Shown here in pieces: positions 1 through 13,993 of a stretch of 64,000 bases of DNA. Each line of letters starts with the position of its first letter. The first letter of the stretch is position 1. Below the pieces are notes generated by a model. That model was not told the origin of the DNA, did no database searches, and saw only the letters and a program-made list of their open reading frames with translations. Position numbers and translations under genes: made by a program. The stretch is from Pecten maximus (lineage: Eukaryota), in contig NC_047030.1 in the NCBI RefSeq assembly GCF_902652985.1, positions 13,082,001 through 13,146,000 of the forward strand, written 5' to 3'.

Positions 1-19
1 TTCTCATATTTTGCCCCTG

Positions 20-3000
20 TTTTATTGACTTCGAGGCGGCATAATTGTTTCGTCCTTTGCACATTTTCTTACAGTGCGATAAAGTGTTGAAAATAATTTT
101 AAACAAAGGAATCTTTATAACAAGTTTCGTTACGCTGAAGTAGAATAGAAGTATTAACTAGTAACTGTAGTAGCTTACTATTCGGTGTCAATGATGCTAA
201 TGTTTTTTTTAGTTAAATTACTTCCAAAATATAAGCTTCTTATCTTTCTACAGAACTAGAACTGGAACCAGAAACAGCTATGAGTTACTCATTCCTTTGT
301 TTGCTTGATGGAATCTTAAGTCCTAGTATTAGTTAGAGTGAGTTTGCTTTAGAAAGAAAAAAGAAAAAAAAAAGAAAAAGTCCTAAGACGAATTCTGGAT
401 ATAAGGAACTATTTTATCTGGTTCTATGAAATTCGTTATAAACAAATTTAACTGTATATAATAACTTTGTCCCTGCATTCTTTACCAAACATCAACCGAG
501 ATGAACAGTGCTTTAGAACTCGTAAACATAGATCTATAGAACATTTTGTACGGTATAGGCTCGGGTGTCGCTAAATCTGTTTCACTATCTATAAGAAGAA
601 AACACCGTTTAATGAGTACAGATATTGTCGCTTTATACGCCTCTTTATAGTCGCGTTCGTCATTGTTTTATTTTACTCCCTGGAATTGTTAAACCATATT
701 TGTTGTTTTTGCTTTGCTTCATAATTTGCTTGAGACAATTGTAAAACGTCGGCAAACAATACGACGATTTTTAAATCATGTTTTAGTTTATGCAAAATAA
801 TAAATTGTTTTATAGCAAAATTGAGATTTTGATTTTTACATTTAAAAGTACATCTATTAGGTAAGATAAGATATTGGTACATAAAAGATAGTTTGATTTT
901 GGCTGTGTGAAGTTAGCTCAACATACGACATACGACATACGACATTCAAAACTTCATATCTTGTGTTTTTACCAGCCAACGAGATAATTTTTGAATGTTC
1001 AGCGGCTCAACATACGACATACGACATTCAGATTTTGAATGTTCAGCCGCTGAACATACGACATACGACATTCAGAATTTTGATTTTGAATGTTCAGCGG
1101 CTCGACCTACGACATACGACATTCAAATTTTGAATGTTCAGCCGCTGAACATACGACATACGACATTCAGATTTTGAATGTTCAGCCGCTGAACATACGA
1201 CATACGACATTCAAAACTTCATATCTTGTGTTTTTACCAGCCAACGAGGTAACTTTTGAATGTTCAGCGGCTCAACATACGACATACGGCATTCAGATTT
1301 TGAATGTTCAGCCGCTGAACATACGACATACGACATTCAGATTTTGATTTTGAATGTTCAGCGGCTCGACATACGACATACGACATTCAAATTTTGAATG
1401 TTCAGCCGCTGAACATACGACATACGACATTCAGATTTTGAATGTTCAGCCGCTGAACATACGACATACGACATTCAAAACTTCATATCTTGTGTTTGTA
1501 CCAGCCAACGAGGTAACTTTTGAATGTTCAGCGGCTCAACATACGACATACGACATTCAGATTTTGAATGTTCAGCCGCTGAACATACGACATTCAGATT
1601 TTGATTTTGAATGTTCAGAGGCTCGACATACGACATACGACATTCAAATTTTGAATGTTCAGCCGCTGAACATACGACATACGACATTCAGATTTTGATT
1701 TTGAATGTTCAGCGGCTCGACATACGATATACGACATTCAGATTTTGAATGTTCAGCCGCTGAACATACGACATACGACATTCAAATTTTGAATGTTCAG
1801 CCGCTGAACATACGACATACGACATTCAGATTTTGATTTTGAATGTTCAGTGGCTCGTCATACGACATACGACATTCAAATTTTGAATGTTCAGCCGCTG
1901 AACATACGACATACGACATTCAGATTTTGAATGTTCAGCCGCTGAACATACGACATACGACATTCAGATTTTGATTTTGAATGTCCAGCGGCTCGACATA
2001 CGACATACGACATTCAGATTTTGAATGTTCAGCCGCTGAACATACGACATTCAGATTTTGATTTTGAATGTTCAGCGGCTCGACATACGACATACGACAT
2101 TCAAATTTTGAATGTTCAGCCGCTGAACATACGACATACGACATTCAAATTTTGAATGTTCAGCGGGTTTTAGCTGCGGGAGTTTTGCTGTAAATGCTCA
2201 GCCAGCCAACGAGATCTGGCAAACCGTTAAACGTTCATATCTTGTGTTTTTACCAGCCAACGAGGTATATTTTGAATGTTCAGCGGCTCAACATATGACA
2301 TACGACATTCAAATATTGAATGTTCGGCCGCTGAACATACGACATACGACATTCAAAACTTCATATCTTGTGTTTTTACCAGCCAACGAGGTAACTTTTG
2401 AATGTTCAGCGTCTCAACATACGACATACGACATTCAGATTTTGAATGTTCAGCCGCTGAACATACGACATACGACATTCAGATTTTGATTTTGAATGTT
2501 TAGCGGCTCGACCTACGACATACGACATTCAAATTTTGAATGTTCAGCCGCTGAACATACGACATACGACATTCAGATTTTGAATGTTTAGCCGCTGAAC
2601 ATACGACATACGACATTCAGATTTTGATTTTGAATGTCCAGCGGCTCGACATACGACATACGACATTCAAATTTTGAATGTTCAGCCGCTGAACATACGA
2701 CATACGACATTCATATTTTGAATGTTCAGCCGCTGAACATACGACATACGACATTCAAATTTTGAATGTTCAGCCGCTGAACATACGACATACGACATTC
2801 AAATTTTTAATGTTCAGCAGGTTTTAGCTGCGGGAGTTTTGCTGTAAATGCTCAGCCAGCCAACGAGATCCGGCAAACCGTTTAAAACGTTCATATCTTG
2901 TGTTTTTACCAGCCAACGAGGTATATTGTGAATGTTCAGCGGCTCAACATACGACATACGACATTCAGATTTTGAATGTTCAGCCGCTGAACATACGACA

Positions 3001-6000
3001 TACGACATTCAGATTTTGATTTTGAATGTTCAGCGGCTCGACAAACGACATACGACATTCAGATTTTGAATGTTCAGCCGCTGAACATACGACATACGAC
3101 ATTCAAAACTTCATATCTTGTGTTTTTACCAGCCAACGAGGTAACTTTTGAATGTTCAGCCGCTGAACATACGACATACGACATTCAGATTTTGAATGTC
3201 GTATGTCGTATGTTCAGCGGCTGAACATTCAAAATTTGAATGTCGTATGTCGTATGTCGAGCCGCTGGACATTCAAAATCAAAATCTGAATGTCGTATGT
3301 CGTATGTTCAGCGGCTGAACATTCAAAATCTGAATGTCGTATGTCGTATGTTCAGCGGCTGAACATTCAAAATTTGAATGTCGTATGTCGTATGTCGAGC
3401 CGCTGAACATTCAAAATCAAAATCTGAATGTCGTATGTCGTATGTTCAGCGGCTGAACATTCAAAAGTTACCTCGTTGGCTGGTAAAAACACAAGATATG
3501 AAGTTTTGAATGTCGTATGTCGTATGTTCAGCGGCTGAACATTCAAAATCTGAATGTCGTATGTCGTATGTTCAGCGGCTGAACATTCAAAAGTCACCTC
3601 GTTGGCTGGTACAAACACAAGATATGAAGTTTTGAATGTCGTATGTCGTATGTTCAGCGGCTGAACATTCAAAATCTGAATGTCGTATGTCGTATGTTGA
3701 GCCGCTGAACATTCAAAAGTTACCTCGTTGGCTGGTACAAACACAAGATATGAAGTTTTGAATGTCGTATGTCGTATGTTCAGCGGCTGAACATTCAAAA
3801 TCTGAATGCCGTATGTCGTATGTTGAGCCGCTGAACATTCAAAAGTTACCTCGTTGGCTGGTACAAACACAAGATATGAAGTTTTGAATGTCGTATGTCG
3901 TATGTTCAGCGGCTGAACATTCAAAATCTGAATGTCGTATGTCGTATGTTCAGCGGCTGAACATTCAAAATTTGAATGTCGTATGTCGTATGTCGATCCG
4001 CTGAACATTCAAAATCAAAATCTGAATGTCGTATGTCGTATGTTCAGCGGCTGAACATTCAAAATCTGAATGTCGTATGTCGTATGTTCAGCGGCTGAAC
4101 ATTCAAAATTTGAATGTCGTATGTCGTATGTCGAGCCGCTGAACATTCAAAATCAAAATCTGAATGTCGTATGTCGTATGTTCAGCGGCTGAACATTCAA
4201 AATCTGAATGCCGTATGTCGTATGTTGAGCCGCTGAACATTCAAAAGTTACCTCGTTGGCTGGTACAAACACAAGATATGAAGTTTTGAATGTCGTATGT
4301 CGTATGTTCAGCGGCTAAACATTCAAAATCTGAATGTCGTATGTCGTATGTTCAGCGGCTGAACATTCAAAATTTGAATGTCGTATGTCGTATGTTGAGC
4401 CGCTGAACATTCAAAAATTATCTCGTTGGCTGGTAAAAACACAAGATATGAAGTTTTGAATGTCGTATGTCGTATGTCGTATGTTGAGCTAACTTCACAC
4501 AGCCTTTGATTTTTGCATTTAAAGGCTCATCTACAATTAAGGACAATTCTACGATAAAGGATTGACCTATGGGTTATGAAAAAGAATGTATATAACAAAA
4601 ATATAATAAGAGAAGTACTATACGGATTGTATACATACACACAACATATGAGCATCCTTAAGTGTATATTGTAATGGATTAACTGTATCATATAGCTGGT
4701 TCATTCTTCTAGGACACATCAGTAATGCTAAGGGCCTATAGTGTTTACACCTAGGAGGCGACTTGGGGAAACTCAAACTAGATCAAAAGAATGACCAAAA
4801 TCGAATGGAGAATGCAGAAGATTAATTAGATTAAATTGAAAATTAATTTGGAGTCGATATATCGACTACACAAATGTTCAGGTGACTGATATATCCTCAT
4901 TAACAAAGCTGTGATCATGAACAGCACTGTTTGGTGATAACACAAAGAAAGCCTATCCGGTTTGACTCGGCTATATCATGTGGAATGCGTAACGGTTTTC
5001 TCTAATTCGGGACATGTGTATCCTCTAGTGTGGAAATGAAGAAACTGGCAGACCAGGTACTGTTAGCGATACAACAACTAACTTGTTCAGGTGTGAATTT
5101 CAGGTAATATTTTCTGTAGCCCTCAGGTAATTGCTTTCAACAGCTAGATGTATAATGACCAACATGTATATATAATATTTTCATTCACGGAATCAGTAAG
5201 TAAAAATTTCGTTTTCACCTATTTGACAAGAGTTTTGTAACATAGCTGTGAAAGCTTTCTTTTATCTTTTATTTTCCAGATGAAGATATGTACATTTATA
5301 GTATTTTGTGTAAATAATGACACAATTATTATTATAATTAATCATGTTGATCATTTATGAGACCTAATAATATCAAACAAATATTTGTAGATTGAAGTGT
5401 ATTATGTTTGTCTGATATATAGAAGGACGATACAGCTGTTGTATGATTAGTATTCCTCATTATGTAATATATACTGTATTTGTACATCCTTATTTAAGGT
5501 ACTATTCACTTACCAGGTATGTGCCTTTGCAGAATTTAAACATTAGTTAACGTTCTTAAAATTAAAACCGATGATTAATTTGTATTATGTCAGGCATCGG
5601 TTTCGTCAACGGTCCAAATTTTCCCGTAGGAATGCATTCCTTAGCTAAGATTTTCACCTAAAATCCATAGGAGCATTAATGGATTTAATGGTAAAATTTA
5701 AGCATAGGAATTTCGTAATGGTTTTCAATGGGGAATAATACGTTAAGGAGTTTCTTTAAGGTACGGAATATTAGGGGGCTGATTTAGTATAATGTTTAAT
5801 ATCCATTGGACTTGCACTATATCACTTTTTTACATAGAAAGGTATGTGAATATGGGTAAAAGTTTGCTATTTGATAACGTCGGTTCCCTTTGACATGACA
5901 TCTTCCTCAGATGCAAAAGGCATTGTGGACGTGATGCCTGGGTCCTGTATGGAGAGATACAGACTATACCTGTACATATGTAGGTTATCTTCTGTACCCA

Positions 6001-6900
6001 GTACCAGGACATAAATACAGCTGTTGACACATATCACAGTGTAGGTGTCCTGATACGCCAGTTCACTGGTTTATCGTCGGACAGGAGGGTGCTACACGAA
6101 TACATATAAGGAGAGAAAATTACAACGATCTCGAAGGTATTGTCGATATCTAATGACTAGTTTTATTTTTCTGAACATCTCGATTTCATTAACGACATAC
6201 AGGACGGACCCATATGTTGCAAAAAAAAATATAGAATGCTGTATATTTCGGAATTATTATCGATGGTGTCGATGTGTCTCAGCTCGTATTTAATCATATA
6301 TTTCTGGTTATTCTCTTTCATTTTGAAGCCATGTTCTGTATTTCTGTAGCGCTAACTAGTCTAAGATAAAACGGATTATAATGAATCGTTAGAAGTTGAC
6401 CCTATATGAACTTCAATGTGTTCATCTAGTTTTAGTAATATTGTAATTATAGCTAATGATCTGTGAATAATTGTAACATATTGATATTGATGATGAGAAA
6501 CTGGAAATTAGTTTTGTTTATTTATCATTGAGTGTGTTTGTATAGGAAACTGGAAACAATAGTGTTACAAAAACAAACTTGAATTTCTATGAAAGGAAAT
6601 GGAAATGATTGCAAATTGAAAGATCGGGGTTTCTGACAAGTTTATTAGCTTTTCAATCTTTAAACGTCCTCGTAACAGTCATGGTCATATGGAAACGGGT
6701 TTGCTAAGGCAAAGAATATGTAGGCTTTCATCTTTTGCAGTAGCATGGCACAACACAAAGGTTGTACGGCCATGATCCCTCGGATTTTAACACTCTGTGT
6801 TGGGTGTCTAGGCATGATAACAGCCGGTTCTATCTATGCCTTTGGAGCGTATAATGTTGCCGTCAAAAAGCACTTCAACTACACTCAATCCGAAGGTATG
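20..6900 (+). repeat. Segmental duplication copy 1 (MFS 3' flank + upstream region + first coding exon); homologous to ~11345-15965
   Basis: Colinear matches, e.g. gtgcgataaagtg (74 / 11469), ggacacatcagtaatgctaaggg...cctaggaggcgacttggg (4712 / 12665), tagcgatacaacaactaacttgttcaggtgtga (5064 / 13047), exon 6741 / 15842; interrupted by the 901-4504 insertion. Confidence 0.9.
901..4504. mobile_element. Non-autonomous foldback (MULE-like) DNA transposon built from ~44-bp subrepeats
   Basis: Ends GGCTGTGTGAAGTTAGCTCAACATACG... and ...CGTATGTTGAGCTAACTTCACACAGCC are reverse complements; 9-bp TSD TTTGATTTT at 892-900 and 4505-4513; array switches strand at ~3190; absent from duplicate copy 2 (~12375). 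Confidence 0.9.
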
Positions 6901-7753
6901 TTAAAAAGGACTATATAGATTACTTCCATTAAAAGAAAACCATAATTTTACCTCAAACTCGACCAAACGATGACAAAATACGAATAAAAGTATAGGTTTG
7001 TATGGAGATCCTTGAAAGGAGAGTGTTCCGAAAGGGTAAGTGTGCTTTGCTTCATCGACGACACCAACATACAAATCCGGGCTACATCGACGACACCAAC
7101 ATACAAATCTGGGCTACATCGACGACACCAACATACAAATCTGGGCTACATCGACGACACCAACATACAAATCTGGGCTATATCACATTTTCCAAAAAGT
7201 TTATAGGTTATAATAGCTGTTTAAATGTAAATATATATTCAAACGTGGTACTTTTCCCAATGTATATGTGTTTTTTCTAGTTTTATTGATACATTATATA
7301 GATATATTCATATATATATTAGTATGATTAAGTATACTTTTAATCTCTTTATATATGTGAAGTATACAAGGTTTGCCAATGATTGTAAAATATACAACAC
7401 AATTCATGTAGTATGTATGTATATAAATGTTACAGTCACCCTCTATGACAATATTGCCTGCGAAAGGAAAATAATGTATATCCAAATAAAACAGTGGTTA
7501 CCTAATACCTATGATGTGTATCGAAGAAAGGTGATAGAGTGCATAACGACATATTACCATACTGATATATACATACATGTAGTGATAAGTTTTATCTTCA
7601 GTGACCTATGTTATGCATGTCATGGTGTTCTATCAGTAAATCGTATTTATGTGTATTATCGTCTTACTGAAATACACTAACGAATTCAATTATTTGTTCA
7701 CACTAAAATCATGGTAAATTTATTTGGCATTCCAAATCTTTCCAGCCATTTTC

Positions 7754-7785
<32 letters not shown>

Positions 7786-9596
7786 TCATCACAGTACAAC
7801 TACGACAGAAAATTCAAATCTTTATCTTCGGATCACCAACACATAGTGCATATGATACATTGTGTTCATTATTTGATATATAACATAGTAACACAACTGA
7901 CGAAGGAAGACAACTTTTTGACTCGTGCCCTGACCGGGCCTCGAAGTCACGATCTACGGCACCCAATCGCCCAGCCAGAAATACCCACAGCTTCTTAAAA
8001 AAGAACGTTTCAATGACGCAGTGATGGTCGGCTCGATATCCTGACATGATCATAGTGAAAGTCGTCTATTAGCTGATATTAATATATGGATGCGAATTGT
8101 ACACACATTATAAATATTCATCACAGTACAACTACGACAGAAAATTCAAATCTTTATCTTCGGATCACTAACACATAATGCATATGATACATTGAGTTAA
8201 TCATTTAATATATAACATAGTAACACAACTGACGAAGAAAGACAACTCAGGATCTACGGATGTGGCGCAGTGGTATAAGCTGCGGTATTTCTGGCTGGGC
8301 GATTGGGTGCCGTAGAGGGTGAGTTCGAGGCCCGGTCTTCTTTGGTCTTTTATGTTGCTATGTTGTACTATGTTACTATGTATATATAATCTTTTTGCTA
8401 TTTTTTGTTCAGAAAACATATTTCATATATACGACAAATACATGACCACACCATGTCTGTCGTTTGTAAATAAAAAATCTTATGAAAAACAAACATCACT
8501 ATATATTTGATAAGAAAAAAAACTAAAAACAAACTATCGAGTAATAGAAATATTCATTGAAAAATACTGCATATTCAGTGATTCACAAATGTCTGAAGTT
8601 GAGTAGGTTTGTATTTTTACTCAACGAAGAAATGCATGAAAAGGAACAAAGTACGACTGCATTAAATTCTGCTTAATTTTCAGTGGAAACAATAGCTTCA
8701 ATGAGTAACTTTGGTATATCATTTGGTATTCCTGCTGGTTTTATGTGTGAGCGCCTTGGAGCCCGCTGGACCTCACTGTCGGCTCTACTGATATCCTGTC
8801 TTGGCTTTATGTTGCTATGGAGTACAACGGAAATGAAGGATTACTACGCGCACACCGCGCCACTGCAATATCTATATTTCTTCCTGGCAGGTAATTAAAA
8901 CATAGTTCTCTCATCATTCAAAATCGACTCAAATTCACTGTAATTCACTCAAATATATTACCATGAAGCTAAAAATGACGTCTAGATAATTTTTTGTAAT
9001 TGATTAATTTTTAATATTTCGCTGACCATACGTTACATTAAGAAACTGTGTTTTTAAGTAAATTGTTACTAAACCCGGTGCTGGAGGGAAAGCACCCGAT
9101 ATAAAAATAGCTATCGGGTGTGACTGTCTAATACTGTCATTTTGTCCATATGGTGTATATATTGTATAACATGAAATTTTAGTGTGTATTTTCTTTCGTG
9201 GTTTTGAGCTTTCTAATTATTTCATGGGTACCAACTTCCGTAGTAAGCCGATACAACAATGATATGATAATACATACAACAATATGCACTGTTATTGTAT
9301 TAGTTGTGTCATAACAATTAAAACAACAACAGTTTATACACAAGGAATGCTTCTTGCTATACAGTATACAAATACAATAAAAATATAAATGTGCATAATC
9401 AGTACTCTATTGTCTCAAAAGGTGGCGTCAACATATGTGGAGACTTAGCATTAGCATCGGCCCCAAAATATGTTAAATACAAAAAGGTATGGGTATGAGA
9501 AGATTAAATCTGGAAAAGTTTGTTTCAGAATTAATTCTGTGAAAAATGGGACCTCCTTGACTAACACCTGTGTCGCTGTTAAGAGGTGCTGCGTTA

Positions 9597-9627
<31 letters not shown>

Positions 9628-11285
9628 AGAGTATTATATTGTACAAGTGTTGGCTACAGCAAGTTATAGAATTAGTGTGTTGTCCAATTGGCTTTAAGGA
9701 TTATACAAGATATACACTATAATAACACCTTTCAAAAAAAATTTGTCCTCCTCAGTGTTGCTCAAGGCCTAAATGTGAAGTGGTATTTTCAGTTAATATT
9801 AGTTAAAAAGAAAACTAAATTTGTAAATTTGTAGATTATATAGAGTACAAGGTGGATGAACTCTACATAAATAAATTGGCTAATACAGCTTAGAAATAAT
9901 TTTATTAGCACAAATGAACAAATAAATAAATAAACCGAGTCTGATTATGTTAAAGATGCGGCTCTACCAGTTAGCAATGAAAACAAAATCATAAGGAAAT
10001 AATTCAAAACCATTTAACATGTGAGCTTTATTATACTACTGTATAGCGCCAAGAATCTTCGGCCTTATATTATTTTAAAATCTGTATTACGAACCTGGCA
10101 AGGTTAATAATCCGTTCACAATTTCTATGTACAATGTGTTCACATGTGCGATATCAAAAATTGCGATAATGAGTAGCTTCTCAAAGACATGTTACATTAA
10201 ACAACTTTTGATAAAAATACAATTTAACGAAATAATTTATTTTAACAGGTTTCGGAGCAATTTTCATGTACATGGCAAGTATGATTACCAATATAAACAA
10301 CTTCCATCCAAAGCACAGAGGCAAGGTGATCGGTATTCTGGATGCTTCATTCAGCGGCGGACCAGCACTCTTCGCTTTCCTGTTTGGGGAATGTTTCATT
10401 AATGGTCATGTCAAGGATGAACAGAATCAGAACCTTAACGGATTTTACCTAATGAGTGCTATATGTTTTGGAGTCGTCGGTCTTATGGGTATCATTGGCC
10501 TGAAATCGTATGAAACTGACATCAGTGAAACCGATCTGAACTCATTAATATCTAGTCCAAGTGTTAACACTGTACACCAGCCAAAGGATATCACTGGCAT
10601 TGAACTAATCAAAAGGACAGACTTTCATTTCCTTTTTTGGGCTTACTTATTTTGTGCGGGACTGCAGCTGATGTTTCAGAATAATATAGGCGTGTATCTG
10701 AAATCGTATAATCTGGAGAACTATACAACATTGTTCACAACCATTAACCCTATAGCGGGCGTGGTTTGTAAATTCCTGGTGGGATATATTTCTGACATTG
10801 TAATAGAAAAAGTGCCTCGTGTTGGTCTTCTTCTGTTTTTCAACATTATACAAACCGCCATCCTGATTCTTTGTATCTTTTTTTCCGACAAACTTGTCAT
10901 GCTGGTCGTAGTTTTAATTGGAATCGGCTTCTCAAATGGCGCCCTCTGGTGTTTAACGCCTACAATGGTTAGTGAATTTTTTGGGCTGAAGTATTTCGGA
11001 CGAAACTGGGGAACCATCATATTTGGAAACGCGTTCGGTGGGTTAGGGATACAGCAGATGTTTGGTGTTATATATGATAATAGTATTTCTATCAAAGGGA
11101 TGAAAGATTGCTACGGTCTTCATTGCTTTACTTGGAGTTTTGCATTCGTATCAGTACTAAGCTTTTGCTCCTGTATATTTAATTATGGATTGTTGCAGGG
11201 TGAATTTGAAAAACGAAAGTATTTGAAGGAAAATTCTTCAGAGGAAATGCGTTACGTTGACGCTAGAAAACAAGAAGCAATTTAG
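6745..11285 (+). CDS. MFS transporter, nodulin-like / MCH1 / NFD4-like, ~464 aa; coding exons 6745-6895, 8684-8890, 10249-11285
   Basis: Two GT-AG phase-1 introns join in frame (151+207+1037=1395 nt); many hydrophobic TM segments; motifs AGSIYAFGAY...YTQSE, NFHPKHRGKVIG, GYISD, PTMVSEFFGLKYFGRNWG, CYGLHCF typical of the family. Confidence 0.9.
7053..7180 (+). repeat. 32-bp minisatellite x4 in MFS intron
   Basis: catcgacgacaccaacatacaaatctgggcta at 7053, 7085, 7117, 7149. Confidence 0.9.
7783..7994 (-). mobile_element. tRNA-headed SINE-like element, 5'-truncated
   Basis: 7933-7994 is the reverse complement of the tRNA-like head at 8277-8337; 7783-7915 body is repeated at 8114-8247. Confidence 0.6.
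8114..8390. mobile_element. Rearranged second copy of the same SINE-like element (body on -, tRNA-like head on +)
   Basis: A-box TGGCGCAGTGG (~8263) and B-box GTTCGAGGC (~8323); body is a direct repeat of 7783-7915. Confidence 0.6.
9600..9627. repeat. Poly-C tract (28 nt) in MFS intron
   Basis: Uninterrupted C run. Confidence 0.95.
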
Positions 11286-13080
11286 TAAATGTTTACCTGT
11301 CAAAACTTAAAATCTATATCAACTACATATGTCTCTATCACATTATCGGCCTGTTATTCAGTGACTTCGGCCGTGTATTATTATCACTAGTGTAATACAC
11401 CAGTGACAATGTCTCTCCGCTTGATGATGTCTTCCATTATGTCGGTATTATTTGGCTATTTTATTATCGTGCGATAAAGTGTCAATTTAAAGAAAGAATC
11501 TTTGGAACAAGTTTAGTTACGCTGACGTAGAATATTATTAATAACTAGTTACCGAAGTGGCTCATTTATGCTATTTTTTCAGTTAAATTACTATATATCA
11601 ACTTCTTACCTATAAGGTAGCTACTACTCATTCCTATGTTTGCCTGAAGGCATATGAAGGTCTACTCGTAGTATTAATCAGATTGAATATGCTGATGAAA
11701 AAGATAAAATAAAACAAAGTATTCCTGAGATGAACACGTTTGATATTAAGTTATTTTATATGCCTATTATGAAGTTGATTAAAATCCCTTATTTCATGCA
11801 ATTTTATTTAACCCTTTAACGAAGTATGTATATAAGAAACTATTTCCGCTGATCCTATGGAATTCGTTATAAACAAATTTTATTGTATATCAAAACATGG
11901 CTTCTTAATTAAAAACAACTATAACTGTTAGATCGTTGTTGGAAAATGGTATGAGGAGTAAAGTTTTTTAAATGTATTTCCCTTTAGTTACGAGAATCCA
12001 AGGTGTCCGCAACAGTATTTTGAAACATGTAAACATATATTTATAGAACAAATTGTACGTATAGGCTCGGTGACCGCTATATCTTAAACCTATTTCACTA
12101 TTTATAAGAAGAATGCACCGTTTAATGAGAGTGAAATCTACAGATAGAGTCGCTTTAAATTCGCGTTTCTCATAGCGACTCCATTGTTTTATTTCACTTC
12201 CTGTAATTGTTAAACCATATTTGTTGTTTTGCTTTGCTTCATTAATATGCTCAATATACAGACAGTTGTGAAACGTCAATAATTAAGATTGGTAATGTTT
12301 TTTTAAAGACGTTTTTCAAATATATGTTTTAGTTTATGTAAAATAATAAATTGTTTTATGAAAAAATACGGTTTTGAATTTTTGCATTTAAATGTTCATC
12401 TAAAATTAAGAACAACTTTACGATAAAGAATTGACCGTTGAATAATGAAGGAGAATGTATATCGTAGTGTATGCAATTTTGACACGTCTTTGATGATAGA
12501 AAATAGAAATATTTCCAGTATTGAATAAATAATAAGATATATTAAAGAGAAGTACTGTACGGATTGAACAAATACACACAAAGATATGACCATCCTTCAA
12601 TAAAAATTGAGTGTAGAGGTAAAAATGAATTAAACTGCATCCTATATCTGGTTCATTCTTGTTGGACACATCAGTAATGCTAAGGGTCTAAAGCGTTAAC
12701 ACCTAGGAGGCGACTTGGGAAACTAAATCTAGATCAAAAGAATCATCAACATGGAATGGAGAATGCAGAAGATTAATTAGATTAAATTGATAATTACAAA
12801 ATGTCAAGGGGATTGAGATATATCCTTATAAACGTAGCTTTCATCCTTGACAGCACTGGTTGTGATAACACCAAGAAAGAATGTCAATTTGGTTTTACCC
12901 AGATAGATTATGTGGAATACGTCACGATTTTCTCTTACGCAGGACATGTGTAACCATTCTTAAATCACCAGTGTGAAAAAATTAGTGTGGAAATAAGGTG
13001 CATTGGTGAACCAGGTTCTTATTCTTCCACTGCGGAGAAATGATGATAGCGATACAACAACTAACTTGTTCAGGTGTGAC

Positions 13081-13335
13081 ATTGTTTGATGGTTTTATCG
13101 TCCAGTCAACAAATGGCACAATTTTAGACTAAGACTCCCTGTAGTAGCTCTTGGATACCGCGTTGAACAACATGCCTAACACGTAATTTGGGGGACATGT
13201 CACACGATAAAGCCCCATTGGTACAGGATGGCCCGTGGTCACAGATTCCATGGGAAACTCTGTACGAACACTCACCTCAAATCTTACCTGAGGTTACATC
13301 GTCCGATGCACTATCAACTGAATTCCGCAGTTACG
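13081..13335 (-). mobile_element. Degenerate SINE remnant replacing part of copy 2
   Basis: Starts ttgtttgatggttttatcgtccagtcaaca, resembling the reverse complement of the SINE tail (tgttaataggacgttaaacaaa, ~56090); absent from copy 1. Confidence 0.45.
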
Positions 13336-13993
13336 CTATCGCGGCTTTTTGCAATGAAACAGATGCCTGGTTAAATTAATATAATGTTTTATATGCGTGG
13401 AAATTGCCATAGTTAACTTTTGCTACTCTGGAAAAAGTGTGTGGATATAAGTTAAAGTTTGATATTTGATAACGTTAGGTCCCTTTAACATGTAAGAGAT
13501 GATAGGCATAATAGACTGCCATTCTAAGATGCAGTAGGCATTGTGAACGTGACCCCTGCAGCAAGGTATGCAGACTCTACTTGTACGTATGTAGGTTAAC
13601 TTCTGTATCCGGTACATGGACAAAAATACATATGATGTATATATCACAGTATATGTATCCTGATACTCTAGTTCACCGGTATATCGTCGGAGAAGAGGGT
13701 GCTGCAAGAATACATCTAAGGTTATATTTTACAACGATCTCGATAAAAGGTATTGTCGATATTTAATGATATGTACATAATGCTTTGTGCTCCTACTTGC
13801 ATCATGTGTTGAGATATAAGCAATATAAAAGTAAATGGAATAAGTGAAATGAAGATGTAATTAATCTGAACAGCTTGATTTCACGAACGGCATGAAACCC
13901 ATATAATTAAAAAAGTTAGAATGGTGTATTTTTCGGATTGATTATCGATGAAGTTGAGGTGTCTCAGCCCGTATTTAATCAGATATTTCTGGT

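Noticed and set aside
995-4008. ORFs inside the foldback array
   Set aside because: Translations of the tandem subrepeat on both strands; no transposase motifs
8258-8337. Possible tRNA gene (also SINE heads at 32292, 36547, 55900)
   Set aside because: A and B boxes are present, but I could not fold a cloverleaf and each is attached to a repeat body
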